Source: Octopus vulgaris
Taxonomy: Eukaryota
Assembly (NCBI GenBank): GCA_951406725.2
Contig: OX597819.1
Span: 92,132,001 to 92,196,000, forward strand
Direction of reading: 5' to 3'
DNA: 64,000 nucleotides
The translations under genes were made by a program, and so were the position numbers. The notes below the pieces were generated by a model, which was given only the letters and a program-made list of their open reading frames with translations, had not been told where the DNA came from and did no database searches. Below, piece after piece: positions 41,934-55,940 of the stretch (within the stretch, counting starts at the first letter, position 1; the number at the start of each line of letters is the position of its first letter).

Positions 41934-42151
41934 ACATGTAAACAGTTCTGCATAGACCTACATAGACATACGTTCTCTATCTTCTATGTAACTGTCTCTC
42001 TCCACTCACTAAATATTTTCTTTCAGCTTCTTTTTCCTCTCACTCCACCGCTTTCATGTTCTTTTCCTCAATCCCACCTCTTCCTTTTGCACCTCATCAT
42101 TGAGACTGTTATATTATCTCTTTCTTCCTTCCCTTGACTGTTACTAATTTC

Positions 42152-42186
<35 letters not shown>

Positions 42187-42647
42187 TATATCTTTCGTAA
42201 TTCTTCAAAGCTCTCCCTGTCCTTCAAAATAAGAGCGGTTCTGTCTTAAAATTTATTGATTCCTCTCTCTCTCTCCCTCTCATTCTCCTTCCCTGTCTCC
42301 TTCCCTGTTTCTCTCTCTCTCTTTGTCCCTCTCCCCTCTCTCTATATATATATGCATGCGTGTTTGTGCATGTATGTGTTTGCAAACACTCACGAATGTA
42401 TGTGTGTGTTAGTGAAAGAGAGATAGATAAAGAGACAGATAGAAGGAGAGAGGGATGGATGGAGTGCGACAGAGAGAGAGGGGGGCGAGCGTGTGATTGT
42501 GTTCATTGGGGTTCATGCCTCTCATGTTTTCGTTTATCTTTCCCGCACTTCGTCCATTTTTACTCTCTACTATTGTATTTCTTCAGTCCTCGCTAGATAT
42601 CTCTCTCTCTCTCCCTGTCTTTCTGTCTTTGTGTATCTGTGTATATA

Positions 42648-42713
<66 letters not shown>

Positions 42714-43578
42714 CATTCATACACGAACATAGACATTCACACACACAACCAAACATATGCAAACATACTCCCCAAAATGCACCCTCACACATTCAAATAC
42801 TTTTATACATTCTCTCTCGCTTTCTCCCTCTTCTCATTATCACTCTATTTCGTTCACCAGTTGCTGCCAGAAGTCTGTGCGATAGCCTAATGCTGGCTAC
42901 TAGCCATCAAAGATTCCTTCTAAGCAATCTTGCCCGCGGACAAAACATTTGTTTGTTCTATATACATTCACCTTACGTAGGCTTTTGTCAAAATGGAAGT
43001 CTTTGGCTATGAGTATGTGCTACTACGCTGCATGTGTTGTGTTTATTTGTGTACACAGTACGTTAAGGTGTATTGCCTTTCCATCTCTCTCACACGCACA
43101 CAAAATAAGAACAAAAATCGACATTAACACAAACATTTACAGTTAGTAGTTACTTTCATACAGTGGGTTCTTCCTCGTATCCAAGAATTCGTACGTGGCG
43201 TCTACAACTGGATTACATTTTATCCTGTGATACGAAACCTTCTGCAAGAAGCATTGTCTAATCGAACCTACGCTAAATTAATTTATTAATCTTCATTTAT
43301 CTCTTGTTAAAAAATCTGCCCACGAGGAAAGATCTTCTACTACCATCTTCTTACTGATGAAATTCACCACTCTGTCTATATATCTACCCTCTTTGTAATG
43401 TTGGCAAATGGAATAGGTGTAAAAATGATAATTGTCAATTTAATTTTAAAGATTCCATAGGTGGCTGAAGAGTGCTCTACATTTTTAGACTGATGTAATA
43501 CTTACATTGTTTAATGACATGAAGTAGCATGAAACGTTTGTACTAAACTACCTTTGGATATCCTTGTTGCTTATTTTG

Positions 43579-43599
<21 letters not shown>

Positions 43600-43612
<13 letters not shown>

Positions 43613-44200
43613 AACATTAGAAGTAGTACTACAGGAGTTGCCTAATATTAAATGCATTAATATACCTTCGTATTGATATATAAAATGCTTCATTGTGAAT
43701 ATATTAACTTTTCTGATAAACGACATCAATGAAAACGTTAATATACGGGTAAATGCATGAATTGTTTCTAGAATTGCTTGTGTGTTTCTTTTTCGAATCC
43801 CAGACATTGAGACAATGAAGCTGTGTTTCCTTTGTTAATATACCTGAAGAAGTGTAAGTGTTGTGTTCATATACATTTAAAAGTGTCTTCAGTAAGATCA
43901 ACATATTGTTTATCATTACCATCAACAGAGTTTAACTTGTGAAGTACACAACCACCTTTGTGAAACACTTATTGAAACAACTGCATGTGATATATTATAT
44001 GACTTGCATTGAGGTGATAAGTTTGAATATTTATGCATATGAAATTTTCATTGTTGATCCTAGGTATGGTCGTAGCCAGATTTGTTGGGTAAATTGCGAC
44101 TGATTTTAATGTGTATATTGATGAGTTTGTGATAATGATGAAGCGGTTTCATGTAGGACTTAGGAAGCTTGCAGTTATATTTCATGGCATTCTGCCATAC
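43600..44200 (-). mobile_element. Penelope-like (Neptune-type) GIY-YIG remnant
   Basis: Minus strand DKQYVDLTEDTFKCI*TQHLHFFRYINKGNTASLS matches K.YVG.TE..FK.R...H..SFR...T.LS; upstream TMKISY. Confidence 0.6.
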
Positions 44201-44886
44201 ATGGATACATACATAATATATACATATTTAATATATGCATATTTACCCCCCACACACATACATGCCTATATTTATATAAGTTTTGCAAAATTACAAAATT
44301 CGGGTCACTGTATAAAGTTTTTCTTCAGAACTATTTTGATTAGCAAAACATGCTATAAATTGAAGATTTATTAGATTCGGTATGAATAAATTAATTCAAA
44401 AAGCTTCCGGTTTTATGGTGAATAAGAATCATAGCAGTCGGGTATTGATGTTTACAAACATCTTACATGAAAATGGTCATCAGTTCTAATGTTATTCTTA
44501 CCATTTCAATGAATGAAAGACTATCAAAGTACAGATAGCGATGGATGTTTATCAAATTTTTCAGTACGTACTAACATTCCTGACAAATGAACCTTCCTAG
44601 TTGATAAATTCGTAAAACGCAGTTTTAAATCAAACGATGAATGGAAGCGATTGCGTTGTTTTCATTATCGATTAAATCAGCAGCGATTGACATAATTAAT
44701 GTATTCTTTAATCATCGGGTCCCATTTGTTATCAATGAATAGTTCAAAGTAGTCAAAATAAGTGTTGGGTTGAATGCCTGATTTATCTTAGGTAATTTAA
44801 AAATATAAAAGAGAATTTATATAATTTCATCGGATATAAGTCAAGTGAATGCCATATCGATATATATATATATATATATGTACCTT

Positions 44887-45125
44887 GTATATAAAATAGA
44901 CTAGTGTGTGTGAGTGCGTGTGTGTGTTCGCTTTCACACAAAAACGGCTGTATGAATTGGTTCCATACTTGAGGTGCATGAATAATTTGACCTGGGATAC
45001 AATGGTATAGTCTTGATTTATTCTTCATTAAAAATGAATAATATTGCTATATATAAGATTAACTTCTTTAAAAAGGATTTTCAATATCAACTTCCGGTAC
45101 TAACGTAGCAGCAACGGCTAACTAG
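44887..45125 (+). mobile_element. Short non-autonomous Helitron-like element
   Basis: 5' part is homologous to 53265-53425; ends ...CGTAGCAGCAACGGCTAACTAG (CTAG at 45122-45125). Confidence 0.55.
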
Positions 45126-45401
45126 ACACACACACATGTAAGTCTGACGTAATAACTGTGGCTAGTTACACACACTTATGTATGTATACATTACACCGTT
45201 GATGAATATATACATTTTAACCGCTTCTATTTTATTTCAGTGCCATTGTCATCTTGCTTCCTGGGGAAAATACATGAACGTCACAGCTTCCTATACATTT
45301 TTAGCTTGAAAAATCTTACTCTTCATGTTCCTCAGAGAAACATTTTGTTTTTGGAACTACATTTTGTTGTATTTCTTCTAAGATTTTCTGTTACTATCAA
45401 A

Positions 45402-45421
45402 CTATCTATCTATCTATCTAA

Positions 45422-45514
<93 letters not shown>
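45402..45514. repeat. (CTAT)n tract, 5' flank of truncated LINE
   Basis: Direct reading. Confidence 0.97.
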
Positions 45515-45518
45515 AGTG

Positions 45519-46446
45519 CCTGACCGCCTGTTCAGGACGACTTTCGGGCCAGGGCCCATGGACAACTTCCAGAGATCCCTGGCCTGGCAGTGCTACCGAG
45601 AAGCGCTACCCGTTCGGGATAAGCTCTACAGACACGGCTCGAGAAACACGGGGCCGACCTGCCCGAGATGCGGTCAGAGCGACGAAACCGTTCTGCACGC
45701 ACTCGTTCAGTGTCCAACAATTTCCGACCTGTGGGCTTATGTCGAACAACTGCTGTCACGTGTGGGACGAGTCGGTTTATCAGCTGAGTCTATCGTCAAT
45801 ATTGTCACGCCTCCTTCCTTCAAACGGGAAGGAAGAGCTATTTTCATCATCCTTGTGGCTATGGCGAAAGAATGTATCTGGTGGACGCGTCTGAAAGGAT
45901 TGGAGACAAACACTTTCCTCTCTGGTCAATCTCTCATCAACTTCTTCAAGTACCACTTGAAAAGGAAAGTGAGAGTAGAGAGGAAGTTTTGTCTAGCGAA
46001 TGTTTTAAAAAAAGATGGGTGAATGTAGCAAGAATGGCACGTATGAATGACGAAGCCACCTTGAGCATAGTCCTATGAACCCAGAAATCGAAAACAGAGA
46101 GTTGCTTATTTGCAAAAAAAAGAAATATAAAATGTGACATCATTGACCGAGGTTACCGTGGTCTTTTCCGTAGGCTTTTCTTTGCACGGGTAAACCTCAC
46201 CTGTCCTCCCCTTTACACTTCATATTGACATTTCTGTGATAACGATCCCTATTGATCAATTTTTTTTCCTCCCCCCTTTTTTTTTAAACCCCCTTTTTTT
46301 GTCCTCTTTCTCTCCTTTTACGATCCCTTTTGATCGAAACTCCCCCTTCCTTTTTTTTTTTTTTTTTTCTTAAACCTTCAAAAGAAAAGCTCTACCTTGT
46401 AATTTGTTCTATCTGTGTGCAGCCCTGTGTGGCTAATAAAGAAACA
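45519..46446 (+). mobile_element. 5'-truncated L1/Tx1-clade LINE copy
   Basis: Homologous to 51909-52767 (CPRCGQSDETVLHALVQC zinc finger; 3' UTR ending CAGCCCTGTGTGGCTAATAAA). Confidence 0.92.

Positions 46447-46530
<84 letters not shown>
46447..46530. repeat. (TATC)n tract between the two LINE copies
   Basis: Direct reading. Confidence 0.97.
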
Positions 46531-46531
<1 letters not shown>

Positions 46532-46861
46532 CTGTCTATGGACGTGCTGTCACTTCGGCTCCGAAGGTAATCGTTTATTTTGACTATTTATAGCCCATAG
46601 TTTGTGTACATTTTTGTAAATAAGGTGTGTAAGGCACCCAACTTTCGTTTGAGTGCTTTTCCAAGGGAGGAATTCGCCCCTAGGGGTAGTTTCAACCCTA
46701 TTTAATTTTTGTAATTTCTTTCTCGACATTTTGAAAATGTCAAGAAATTGTATTGTAGAACGATGGTCGCGTTCCTTTATCGACCAGCTTTCTCCTAGAC
46801 TGGAAACGCTAGGAGAAAAAATAATTTATGCGCGCAAAGTAAAATCATCAATGACTTTGCA

Positions 46862-48589
46862 ATGAACGCTACAACTACTTGTAGTAACAGCCCTGTCACC
46901 AACACCACCACTAGCAAGAACAACATAGAGACTACTACTGTTACCACCACCGCCTTCACCACCACCACCACCACCACCGCCGCCACCTCATCCGCTACCT
47001 CAACTACCAACAACAACAACAACAATAACAATGACAACAAAAATAAAAATTGCGCCACCATTTCGACATCTGCTGCCACGGCTGTCTCTTCTGCCACTGA
47101 CACCACCACCAACAACAAAAACAACAATAACAACAACAACAATTCCGTTCAGACCTGTTTTACTCCAACAACAAGAACTGAAGTGAATAAACAAAAGACT
47201 GTGACCACCAAACAAATTGACAAAAGCTGCTCGAATACAGAAATAAATTATGCAAGTAATTTTCCACCCCTTCCTACTTGCACAATCAAACCAAATACAC
47301 CGATTTTACCAACTGCAGCCAACAACAACATCACCACCAGCAACAACAATAACAAAACAACAACAAATTTCGCCGAGGCGATTAAAGAAAAAAAGACAAC
47401 AGTATATTTTACTGCACAACAAATAAAAGACACGAACATTACAATAACGGAAGTAGATGGTATAGTAAAAATAAACATAACAGAAGAAATATTAGAAGAT
47501 GAAAAAAAAAGAACAATTATTTATAAAATAATTAATAAGAAAACAAAAAGTCCAGAGAAGGCTAACACAAGCAAAATAGAAAAATGCTTGAAAACCATCT
47601 GGAACTACAAAGGCTATGTGACCTGGTGGAACAAGTTCGCACACATACAAGTGGTCTTCCACACTGAAGAGTTAGCAAGACGTTTCTCAACGCTAACTCT
47701 TCATTCAGATGAACTTCAACTGACACCAAGCTATCGTGGACAGAAAGTGACTAAGATCACTTTAAACAATGTCCCAAAAATAGCTAATAATCTATGGCTA
47801 GTAAAGGCCTTATGTGTGAAAATGAAAGATTTCACAATTTTAGAAACCACGGTCACGGAGCACAAAAACTGGGTGGGAAAAAAAGTAGAATTTCTACTAC
47901 ATATAAACCAAGAAGACATAAAGAAAATACCCACCCAGATTTGTGTATCAGAAGACCACAAGTTGTATGTGGTCGTCGATGGCAGAAGACCACGTTGCTA
48001 CATATGCGGCAGTGAGCAACACCTAAAAAAAGACTGCAAATCTGCCGCAAGAAAACAACAGCAACAACAACAGCAGCCGGAAAAAACAAATAAACCAGCT
48101 TTACTACCCACACCACGTTTTGCACGAACAGGACTAATCACAGAAAACCAACAAAAAACAAACCTCACCAACCAAACAACCACACCAACTGCACCAAGAA
48201 CAGAAGCAACGTCACCACCAACAACAACAATCAAGAATAAACCAACTCCCAAACCAAGGACATCTGCTAAAAAGACACTCATCGAAAATGAAGAAACAAT
48301 TACTACTCCAAATCCCCACAAAATTGACACCCCAAACAACACAACAATACCTACAATCACTCAAACACAAAATACCCACACCCCACCTCCAAAACCGCAT
48401 ACACCACAACCAAACGCTCACCAACCAACACCAACAACAAAATCAACACAGTCTACAATAGACCCCAATATTTTCCCTCTTCCAAGCTCTGATTCTTCTG
48501 ATTTGTCATTAGACGAAGAAGACACAGAAGATTGGCAAATAGCCACAGGGGGGAGAAGAAAAAGGGGAAAAAAAGAAAAGAAAAGATAA
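46862..48589 (+). CDS. LINE ORF1 (gag-like nucleic-acid-binding protein)
   Basis: 575-aa ORF; T/N-rich N-terminus, globular middle, CCHC knuckle VVVDGRRPRCYICGSEQHLKKDC, P/T-rich tail; lies upstream of ORF2. Confidence 0.82.
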   Translation: MNATTTCSNSPVTNTTTSKNNIETTTVTTTAFTTTTTTTAATSSATSTTNNNNNNNNDNKNKNCATISTSAATAVSSATDTTTNNKNNNNNNNNSVQTCFTPTTRTEVNKQKTVTTKQIDKSCSNTEINYASNFPPLPTCTIKPNTPILPTAANNNITTSNNNNKTTTNFAEAIKEKKTTVYFTAQQIKDTNITITEVDGIVKINITEEILEDEKKRTIIYKIINKKTKSPEKANTSKIEKCLKTIWNYKGYVTWWNKFAHIQVVFHTEELARRFSTLTLHSDELQLTPSYRGQKVTKITLNNVPKIANNLWLVKALCVKMKDFTILETTVTEHKNWVGKKVEFLLHINQEDIKKIPTQICVSEDHKLYVVVDGRRPRCYICGSEQHLKKDCKSAARKQQQQQQQPEKTNKPALLPTPRFARTGLITENQQKTNLTNQTTTPTAPRTEATSPPTTTIKNKPTPKPRTSAKKTLIENEETITTPNPHKIDTPNNTTIPTITQTQNTHTPPPKPHTPQPNAHQPTPTTKSTQSTIDPNIFPLPSSDSSDLSLDEEDTEDWQIATGGRRKRGKKEKKR

Positions 48590-49032
48590 CAAACAAAGCA
48601 GGAAGATACACCACTCCCGAAACAAACACATCCACAGAAAACAAACACATCAACACAAACACACCATCATCAAACCCCCCAACAATGTTGACAGCCATAA
48701 ACACAAACAACCACGACCTAATGGAACACATTAGGTCAAACACCAACATAACTGAAAACGACATAAAAACAAGTAACCACCCACGCATAACACCACTACA
48801 ACACATTAAAATAATACACGTAACACAGAACACATACAGCACCCTGAAATCTCTTTACCCTGATGCAGTAGGGAGATTTCAAAAGTATTCATCAAAAAAA
48901 CTATACAAAAGCCTCATAGAAGAAGACCGTGAGGTGAAAAACAAAGGACTTTCGAACAACACGTAACCTTTTCTCTCTCTCTTTCCTTTTTTGCACTTTC
49001 TTTTCGTGTGTAAAACACAATTTTATCGGAAC

Positions 49033-52000
49033 ATGCTCAGAATAGGCAGTATAAATGTACGTGGCTTGGGGTCGCCTTGGAAACAAGGCTACCTGTTAAA
49101 TGACATCAAGTCACTAAATCTGAATATCATAGCCATCAGTGAGACCAGACTCCACAGCTTGCGGGCACTCCAGCACAGTTTCGGTACACATTTCAACATT
49201 TATTTTTCTCCGTGTCTACCGAGAATGGGCGGAGGTGGCACCGTGGTGCTTATACGGAAGAGTCTGGATCTCAAAGTAAGAGCAAATTTCCTAGACCCGG
49301 AGGTCGTTTTGGATGTCGATGGCAGCAATGAGTGTGCTTTTCGACTGATAGCAATTTATGCTCCGTCCTTAACAGGCCGACCAGATTTCGTTCGACGTCT
49401 AGAGTCTTTCATGGGAACGTCTCGTCCTTTACTTTTAGTGGGGGATTGGAATGCCACCCTGTACACGCATCTAGACTACGTGGGCAGAGATAGCAATAGA
49501 AGGGGATGCAAATGCCTCAAAGACCTGCTCAGACGTTTCCAACTGTCTGACAGGTACCGACTGGACCACCTGAATGTGCCAATGTGGACATGGAGTAACC
49601 GCATCGGGTCGTCCAGATCATACTTAGAGTATTCTGTAGGATAATAGATAAAAATAGTGTAGGTTGTCCACAATTTCATATAGTCAGTTACACAGATCAC
49701 AAGTTTGTGACTTGTACACTTGACTTAGATAAGACACATAGACAGGGTCCTGGTTACTGGAAACTGAACACGTCTTTTACAGCACGACAGGTTTACAGGG
49801 GCCGGATCAGCACATTAGTTAAGAGAGCTTTGACGGGTACCATCATCAACAACAGATGGTGGTATGCCCTAAAAAAGCAATTAAAGCAGAATCAGTCAGA
49901 TACAGTAAAGCCCTAGCATTAGACCGAAATAGAATAGAGGGAGAATTAGTTAAGGTTTTAGAAGAGGCACTTAGAACTGGCATCCCGTCCAACGTGCTGG
50001 CGGCGAGATTGGCCCTCGACCAACACCTCAACGCCAAACACGAGGGATGCGTTGTCAGAGCTAGGATGCGTGCTCTGAGGAACGAAGGAGTCGGAGCCGC
50101 CCAAGAGGCCCGAGTGGTGGAGACGCAACGAGGCAATAGAGCCACTATCAAGTCTCTTTTAGATGAACAGGGGCGCGAATTGCTCGAGCCTAAAAGGATG
50201 TGTGGGGCTTTTCAACAACACTTCACCCAACTGTTTGGGACAAGTGGTGGGTCAGAACGCAGAGTGGACTTTAGTGCCTACCTGCATGCCTTTCCACGCC
50301 ACGACTCTCAGCAAGAGAGGTGGAGTCTTGTGAAAGGCCTATCACAGCTGCGGACGTACAGGATGCGATGGTAGGCTGCGCGAGAGACAAGTCACCAGGC
50401 TTGGATGGTCTGCCCTACGAACTTTATTTTCATATACCAGACTTGTTTGGAGGCGTCTTGGCAGCTGTCTACTGCAACTGGCAGCAAAACGGGAGTATTC
50501 CTGCTTTTGTAAAGCGAGGAGCAGTGGCACTAATTAAGAAAGACCCAAACAAGGGGGACGTCATAGATAATTTCAGGCCCATCACTCTGCTCAACGCAGA
50601 TTTCAAAATTTTGGCCAAGGTGTTAGCCGAGAGGTTGGCGCTTGTCATCAAGAAACTAATCGACAAGGCGCAAACATGCGCCGTGCCGGGTAGAAGTATT
50701 CATGACAACCTCCATCTGATGCGCTACATCATAGACAGCATAGACAGGGTAGTTAAGAATCCTGGCATGGGTGGGGCGCTGATCAATTTGGATCAATCAA
50801 AAGCCTTCGATAGGGTAGACCATCACTACTTGGAGGCTGTCCTTAAAGCGGCTGGTTTCGGTCCAGTTTTCCGCGGTTGGATCGCTGCCTTATACAGCGG
50901 CATCCGCTCAGTAGTTCGCGTAAATGGTCATCTATCCAGACCTTTTAACATCATGCGTTCGGTTCGTCAGGGATGCCCCCTCTCATCGCTGCTGTATGTA
51001 TTGACTCTGGAGCCACTACTGCGGAAACTGGCGACGCTGAGGGGCATCCCACGAGAGCTGGGATGCGGGAGGAGCGTGTCTGCATACGCGGATGACGTCA
51101 CCGTCATAGTGTCGAGCTACCAGGACATCGAGCTGGTCGGCGAGACACTAAAAGAATACGAAGCGGTAACGGGAGCAAAAATTAACCGGGAAAAGTCAGT
51201 GGGCTTGCGGCTCGGCACCTGGAGAAGCAGGCCCATGCCGTCCAACAGCGTCTCAATCGTGGGACGCTGGACGGACGGACCGGTTAAATTGCTCGGGGTC
51301 TGGTTCGGTCCGGACCTCCAAATGGAGAAGAACTGGGGCGAGATAACGACTAGGGTGGCTACTCTCACCCAGAAATGGGCTGAGAGAAAGCTATCCCTAA
51401 AAGGTCGGGCGGAGGTGGCGAACGCGTACATCGCATCCGTCATCGAGTATCGTCTGACCGTCGTGCCTTGTCCCGACCCTACCATCACCAAACTGGAACG
51501 TATACTCTTCCGCTTCTTGTGGAAGGGAAACGTTCTGATGGTTAGGCGATCCATTTGCTGTCAACACCCGCTAAATGGAGGGCTTGGCATGCCGTGGTTG
51601 ATGATGCGCAGACATGCGCTGAGACTGCGACATCTCCGGCGCTTCATAGACAACGGTGAACAGGTGTGGTCGCCTTTTGTGCGGCGCGCCTTCCCGCAAC
51701 TCGTCTCCTTGGACGAACTACAGTCATGGATCAAGCAGAGACCGAGGCTAGGCGAATGGCACCGCGAGTGTCGCGTTGCTCTCAAACAACTCTGCCGTCC
51801 GGGATCGAACTTGTGCGACTCCATCACAACAAAGGCATTCTATAGAGGATTAGTGGAGGGGAGGTGCGACGACGAACTCGGGCAGAGTCTGGGCGTCGAC
51901 GAGGAACACCTGACCCGCCTGTTCAGGACAACTTTCGGGCCGGGGCCTATGAACAATCACCAAAGATCCCTGGCCTGGCAGTGCTATCGAGAAGCATTAC

Positions 52001-52470
52001 CTGTTCGGGATAAGCTCTACAGACACGGTTCCAGACACACTGGACCGACTTGCCCGAGATGCGGTCAGAGCGACGAAACCGTTCTGCACGCACTCGTGCA
52101 ATGTCCAACCATTTCAGACCTGTGGGCTTATGCCGAACGGCTGCTGTCACGTGTGGGATGAATCCGCCTATCGGCCGAGTCTATCGTGAGAATTGCTCCG
52201 CCCCCTTCCCTCAACCGGGAAGGCAAGGCAGTTTTCATCGTACTGGTGGCCATGGTGAAAGAATGTGTGTGGTGGACCCGAGCGAAAGGATTAGAGACAA
52301 ACACTTACCTCTCTGGCCAATCGCTCATCAACTTTTTCAAGTACCACTTGAAAAGGAAGGTGAGAATGGAAAGGGAAGTTTTGTCTCGCGAAAGATTAAA
52401 AAAAAGATGGGTGAATGTTGCAAAGATGGTGCGTGCTAGTGACGAAACCATTTTGAGCATGATCCTGTAG
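49033..52470 (+). pseudogene. LINE ORF2 (APE endonuclease, reverse transcriptase, zinc finger), disrupted
   Basis: SINVRGL, SET, GDWNA, GYWKLN, KSPGLDG, RPITLLN, DQSKAFDRVDH, RQGCPLS, YADD, GGLG, CxxC...HxxxxC. Frameshifts near 49630, 49870 and 50300; TGA at 52159 where the paralog has CGA (45768-45770). Confidence 0.93.
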
Positions 52471-52766
52471 ATCGTAAAAAAGAAAGAAAGAGAGCATTTT
52501 GATCTCATGTGGTTATTTCCTCCCTGACTGAGGTTCCCGTGGTCTTTTCTGTAGGCTTTTCTTCCCACGGATGAACCCAATCTTGTTATATCAATGTTTT
52601 TATCATTATTTCTGTGATACACGATTTCTTTTCTTTTTTTTCCTCCTCTCGATCCCTTTTGATCGCAATCTTACATTTATTTTCTTTTTTCCACCCTCGA
52701 AAAGAAAAGCTCTACATTTGTATTTGTCCCCTCTGTATTCAGCCCTGTGTGTCTAATAAAAGAAAG

Positions 52767-53250
<484 letters not shown>

Positions 53251-53261
53251 GCTAGCTAGCT

Positions 53262-54595
53262 ATGTGTGTGCTCGTTTTTCACGTGAAAACAGCTGCACGA
53301 ATTAATACCATACTTGGGGTGTAGGAATAATTTGGCTTGACACACAATGATATGGTCTTGATTTATTTTTTATTAAAAATAAATAATATTGCCTTATGTA
53401 TATATGATTCACTTCCTTACTAAATGCAGTTTCTCTCACTCCTCTTCCTTCTTCACGCTCTCTTTCACTCCTCTTCTTTTTTCAGTCTCTCTCTCTCTCT
53501 CTCACTTACCCCCTTTCGTTCCTCATTCTATCAATAACTCAACTTCTTTCTAATTTACAAATATATTTTTAATACTTGTGAGTCTCGTTCCCTTTCTAAC
53601 CTCTCACTGTACTTACTCTCTTGATATGTCTTACTCTATCACTCTCTTTTGATTCCGTCAAACATTTACCGTTGTAACGATTTCTGGGACAAAAAAAAAA
53701 TTATTACATCTCTTTACTCTTTTACTCTTTTATACTCTTTTACTTGTTTCAGTCATTTGACTGCGGCCATGCTGGAGCACCGCCTTTAATCGAGCAACTC
53801 GACCAGGGACTTATTCTTTTGTAAGCCCAGTACTTATTCTATCGGTCTCTTTTGCCGAACCGCTAAGTAACGGGGACATAAACACACCAGCATCGGTTGT
53901 CAAGCAATGCTAGGGGGACAGACGCACAAACACACACACGCATATATATATATACATACATACGACGGGCTTGTTTCAGTTTCCGTCTACCAAATCCACT
54001 CACAAGGCTTTGGTCGGTCCGAGACTATAGTAGAAGACACTTGCCCAAGGTGCCACGCAGTGGGACTGAACCCGGAACCATGTGGTTGGTAAACAAGCTA
54101 CTTACCACACAGCCTACTTTCATTGTTTTACAATTTTCTGTACCGGTGTATTTGTGTATTCGTAAATAACTATGCCTAGAAGGAAGGTGTCAAACTTGTC
54201 TCCAGTGTTAAGGTCAACCCAAAGTATGTCTCTGTTGAGGGGAAGTGAAACAGCTGAGAAAAATGGAAGCACGCCCAAAAAATCAAACTGTGCACTACAG
54301 CAGCCAGAGAGTCTGAGAATGATGAGATAAGAGTTGTGCGTAAAAAAACCCCCAAAAAAACCAGTTGCATACTGGTGCTACCCGAGCATCTCAAAGTACT
54401 AAACAGGTATGGACGCCTGAGAAGAATTGGGATCTCCACTGCAGAAAAAGGAGCAGTTGCAGCAGCTCAGAGACGCAACTTCTATGAAGCAGCTTTCAAC
54501 TTTGATCCAGCAGTTAATTATGCAGATGACACTAAAGTTGCCATTGGTGCAATGACAACTGAGTGCATATACTGTAAAGCAAAGAAGTGGCCTGT
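53262..54595 (+). mobile_element. 5' part of a decayed Helitron (RepHel N-terminus), interrupted by a SINE
   Basis: ATG near 54172 (MPRRKVSNLS) and AAFNFDPAVNYADDTKVAIGAMTTECIYCKAKKWP match the AF.YDP..DY.....IG.M...C.YC.A.K region of RepHel proteins. Confidence 0.7.
53711..54116 (-). mobile_element. SINE family B copy nested in the Helitron
   Basis: Full-length reverse-complement match. Confidence 0.9.
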
Positions 54596-54652
54596 ATGTA
54601 TGTATGTATGTATGTATGTTTGTATCTATGTATGTATGTATGTATGTATGTA

Positions 54653-55000
54653 TACTCTTTTACTCTTTTGCTTGTTTCAGCCATTTGACTGCGGCCATGC
54701 TGGAGCACCGCCTTTAGTCGAGCAACTCGACCCGGGGACATAAACACACCAGCATCGGTTGTCGAGCGATGCTAGGGGGACAAACACAGACGCACAAGCA
54801 CACACGCACACACATATATATAAATATACATATATACAACTGGCTTCTTTCAGTTTCCGTCTACCAAATCCACTCACAAGGCTTTGATTGGCCCGAGGCT
54901 ATAGTAGAAGACACTTGCCCAAAGTGCCACGCAGTGGGACTGAACCCGGAACCATGTGGTTTGTAAGCAAGCTACTTACCACACAGCCACTCCTGCGCCT
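54653..55000 (-). mobile_element. SINE family B copy with internal deletion
   Basis: Tail and head present; the segment between CTCGACCCC and GGGGACAT is missing. Confidence 0.88.
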
Positions 55001-55043
55001 ATGTATGTATGTATGTATGTATCAATCTATCTATATATATATG

Positions 55044-55145
<102 letters not shown>

Positions 55146-55326
55146 TAATTATAATAAAGGGTTATTTGCAACAAGTTGCTCAAAACCACATACCAAAAAT
55201 ATTAGAAATAGCAGCCAGATAGGTCACTATTTCTACTACTAGTAAAAAAGTCTCCGCAAACAAACAATTTGTAACCCGTATATGGTAAAGAGAAAGAAAA
55301 CAACGAAATCCCGGCCTATTGGATTA

Positions 55327-55385
55327 ATTATGGACGAATTCGTTTCTGGATTAGAACCGAAGGTTCGTTTCCTTGTCAACATAAT
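55327..55385 (-). ncRNA. Hammerhead-like fold, variant core UUGACAA (unit 1)
   Basis: ATTATG-TTGACAA-GGA-AAC-GAACC-TTC-GGTTC-TAA-TCC-A-GAAAC-GAATTC-GTC-CATAAT. Confidence 0.65.
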
Positions 55386-55881
55386 ATTTCCTATAAATCT
55401 AGAAATGTTAGGAAAAAAAACTCACCCATTACATCAACTCGATCAGGTGACATCGAACGATATAACGGTCCGCTAGCATCTCCACATTTCTATAGACAGG
55501 CGAATTCGTATCTCCCTCCAAAATTAGCACATAAGTTACAAAAACATTACCAACGAAACGAAGTTTCGCAGATTCATTGTATGGGGGTAATAATATTCAA
55601 TACACATAAAGCGTGAAAAATAATTAATTTAATAAAATTAATAAATTTCACCTAGTAGTTTTTTCGGTATAGAAAAGACCATATTTGGTAAGGATTATAT
55701 TAATTATAATAAAGGGTTAATTGCAACAAGTTGCTCAAAACCATATACCGAAAATGTTAGAAATAGCAGCCAGATAGGTCACTATTTCTACTACTAGTAA
55801 AAAAGTCTCCGCAAACAAACAATTTGTAACCCGTATATGGTAAAGAGAAAGAAAACAACGAAATCCCAGCCTATTGGACTA

Positions 55882-55940
55882 ATTATGGACGAATTCGTTT
55901 CTGGATTAGAACCGAAGGTTCATTTCCTTGTCAACATAAT
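55882..55940 (-). ncRNA. Hammerhead-like fold, variant core UUGACAA (unit 2)
   Basis: Same fold 555 bp away. Confidence 0.65.

Larger units (their letters stand above)
46531..52767 (+). mobile_element. Near full-length L1/Tx1-clade non-LTR retrotransposon
   Basis: 5' UTR, ORF1, ORF2 (APE-RT-ZnF) and a T-rich 3' UTR with AATAAA running straight into (TATC)n. Confidence 0.92.

Noticed and set aside
43460-43552. CTGAAGA...GAAAC with possible stems I and II
   Set aside because: Stem III and the cleavage triplet cannot be placed consistently.
45240-45518. N-terminal part of the 260-aa ORF 45240-46022, suggesting a host-LINE fusion protein
   Set aside because: Chance read-through of flank and (CTAT)n into the truncated LINE.
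46795-48842. Hydrophobic antisense ORFs over LINE ORF1
   Set aside because: Expected shadows of an A/C-rich sense strand with few antisense stops.
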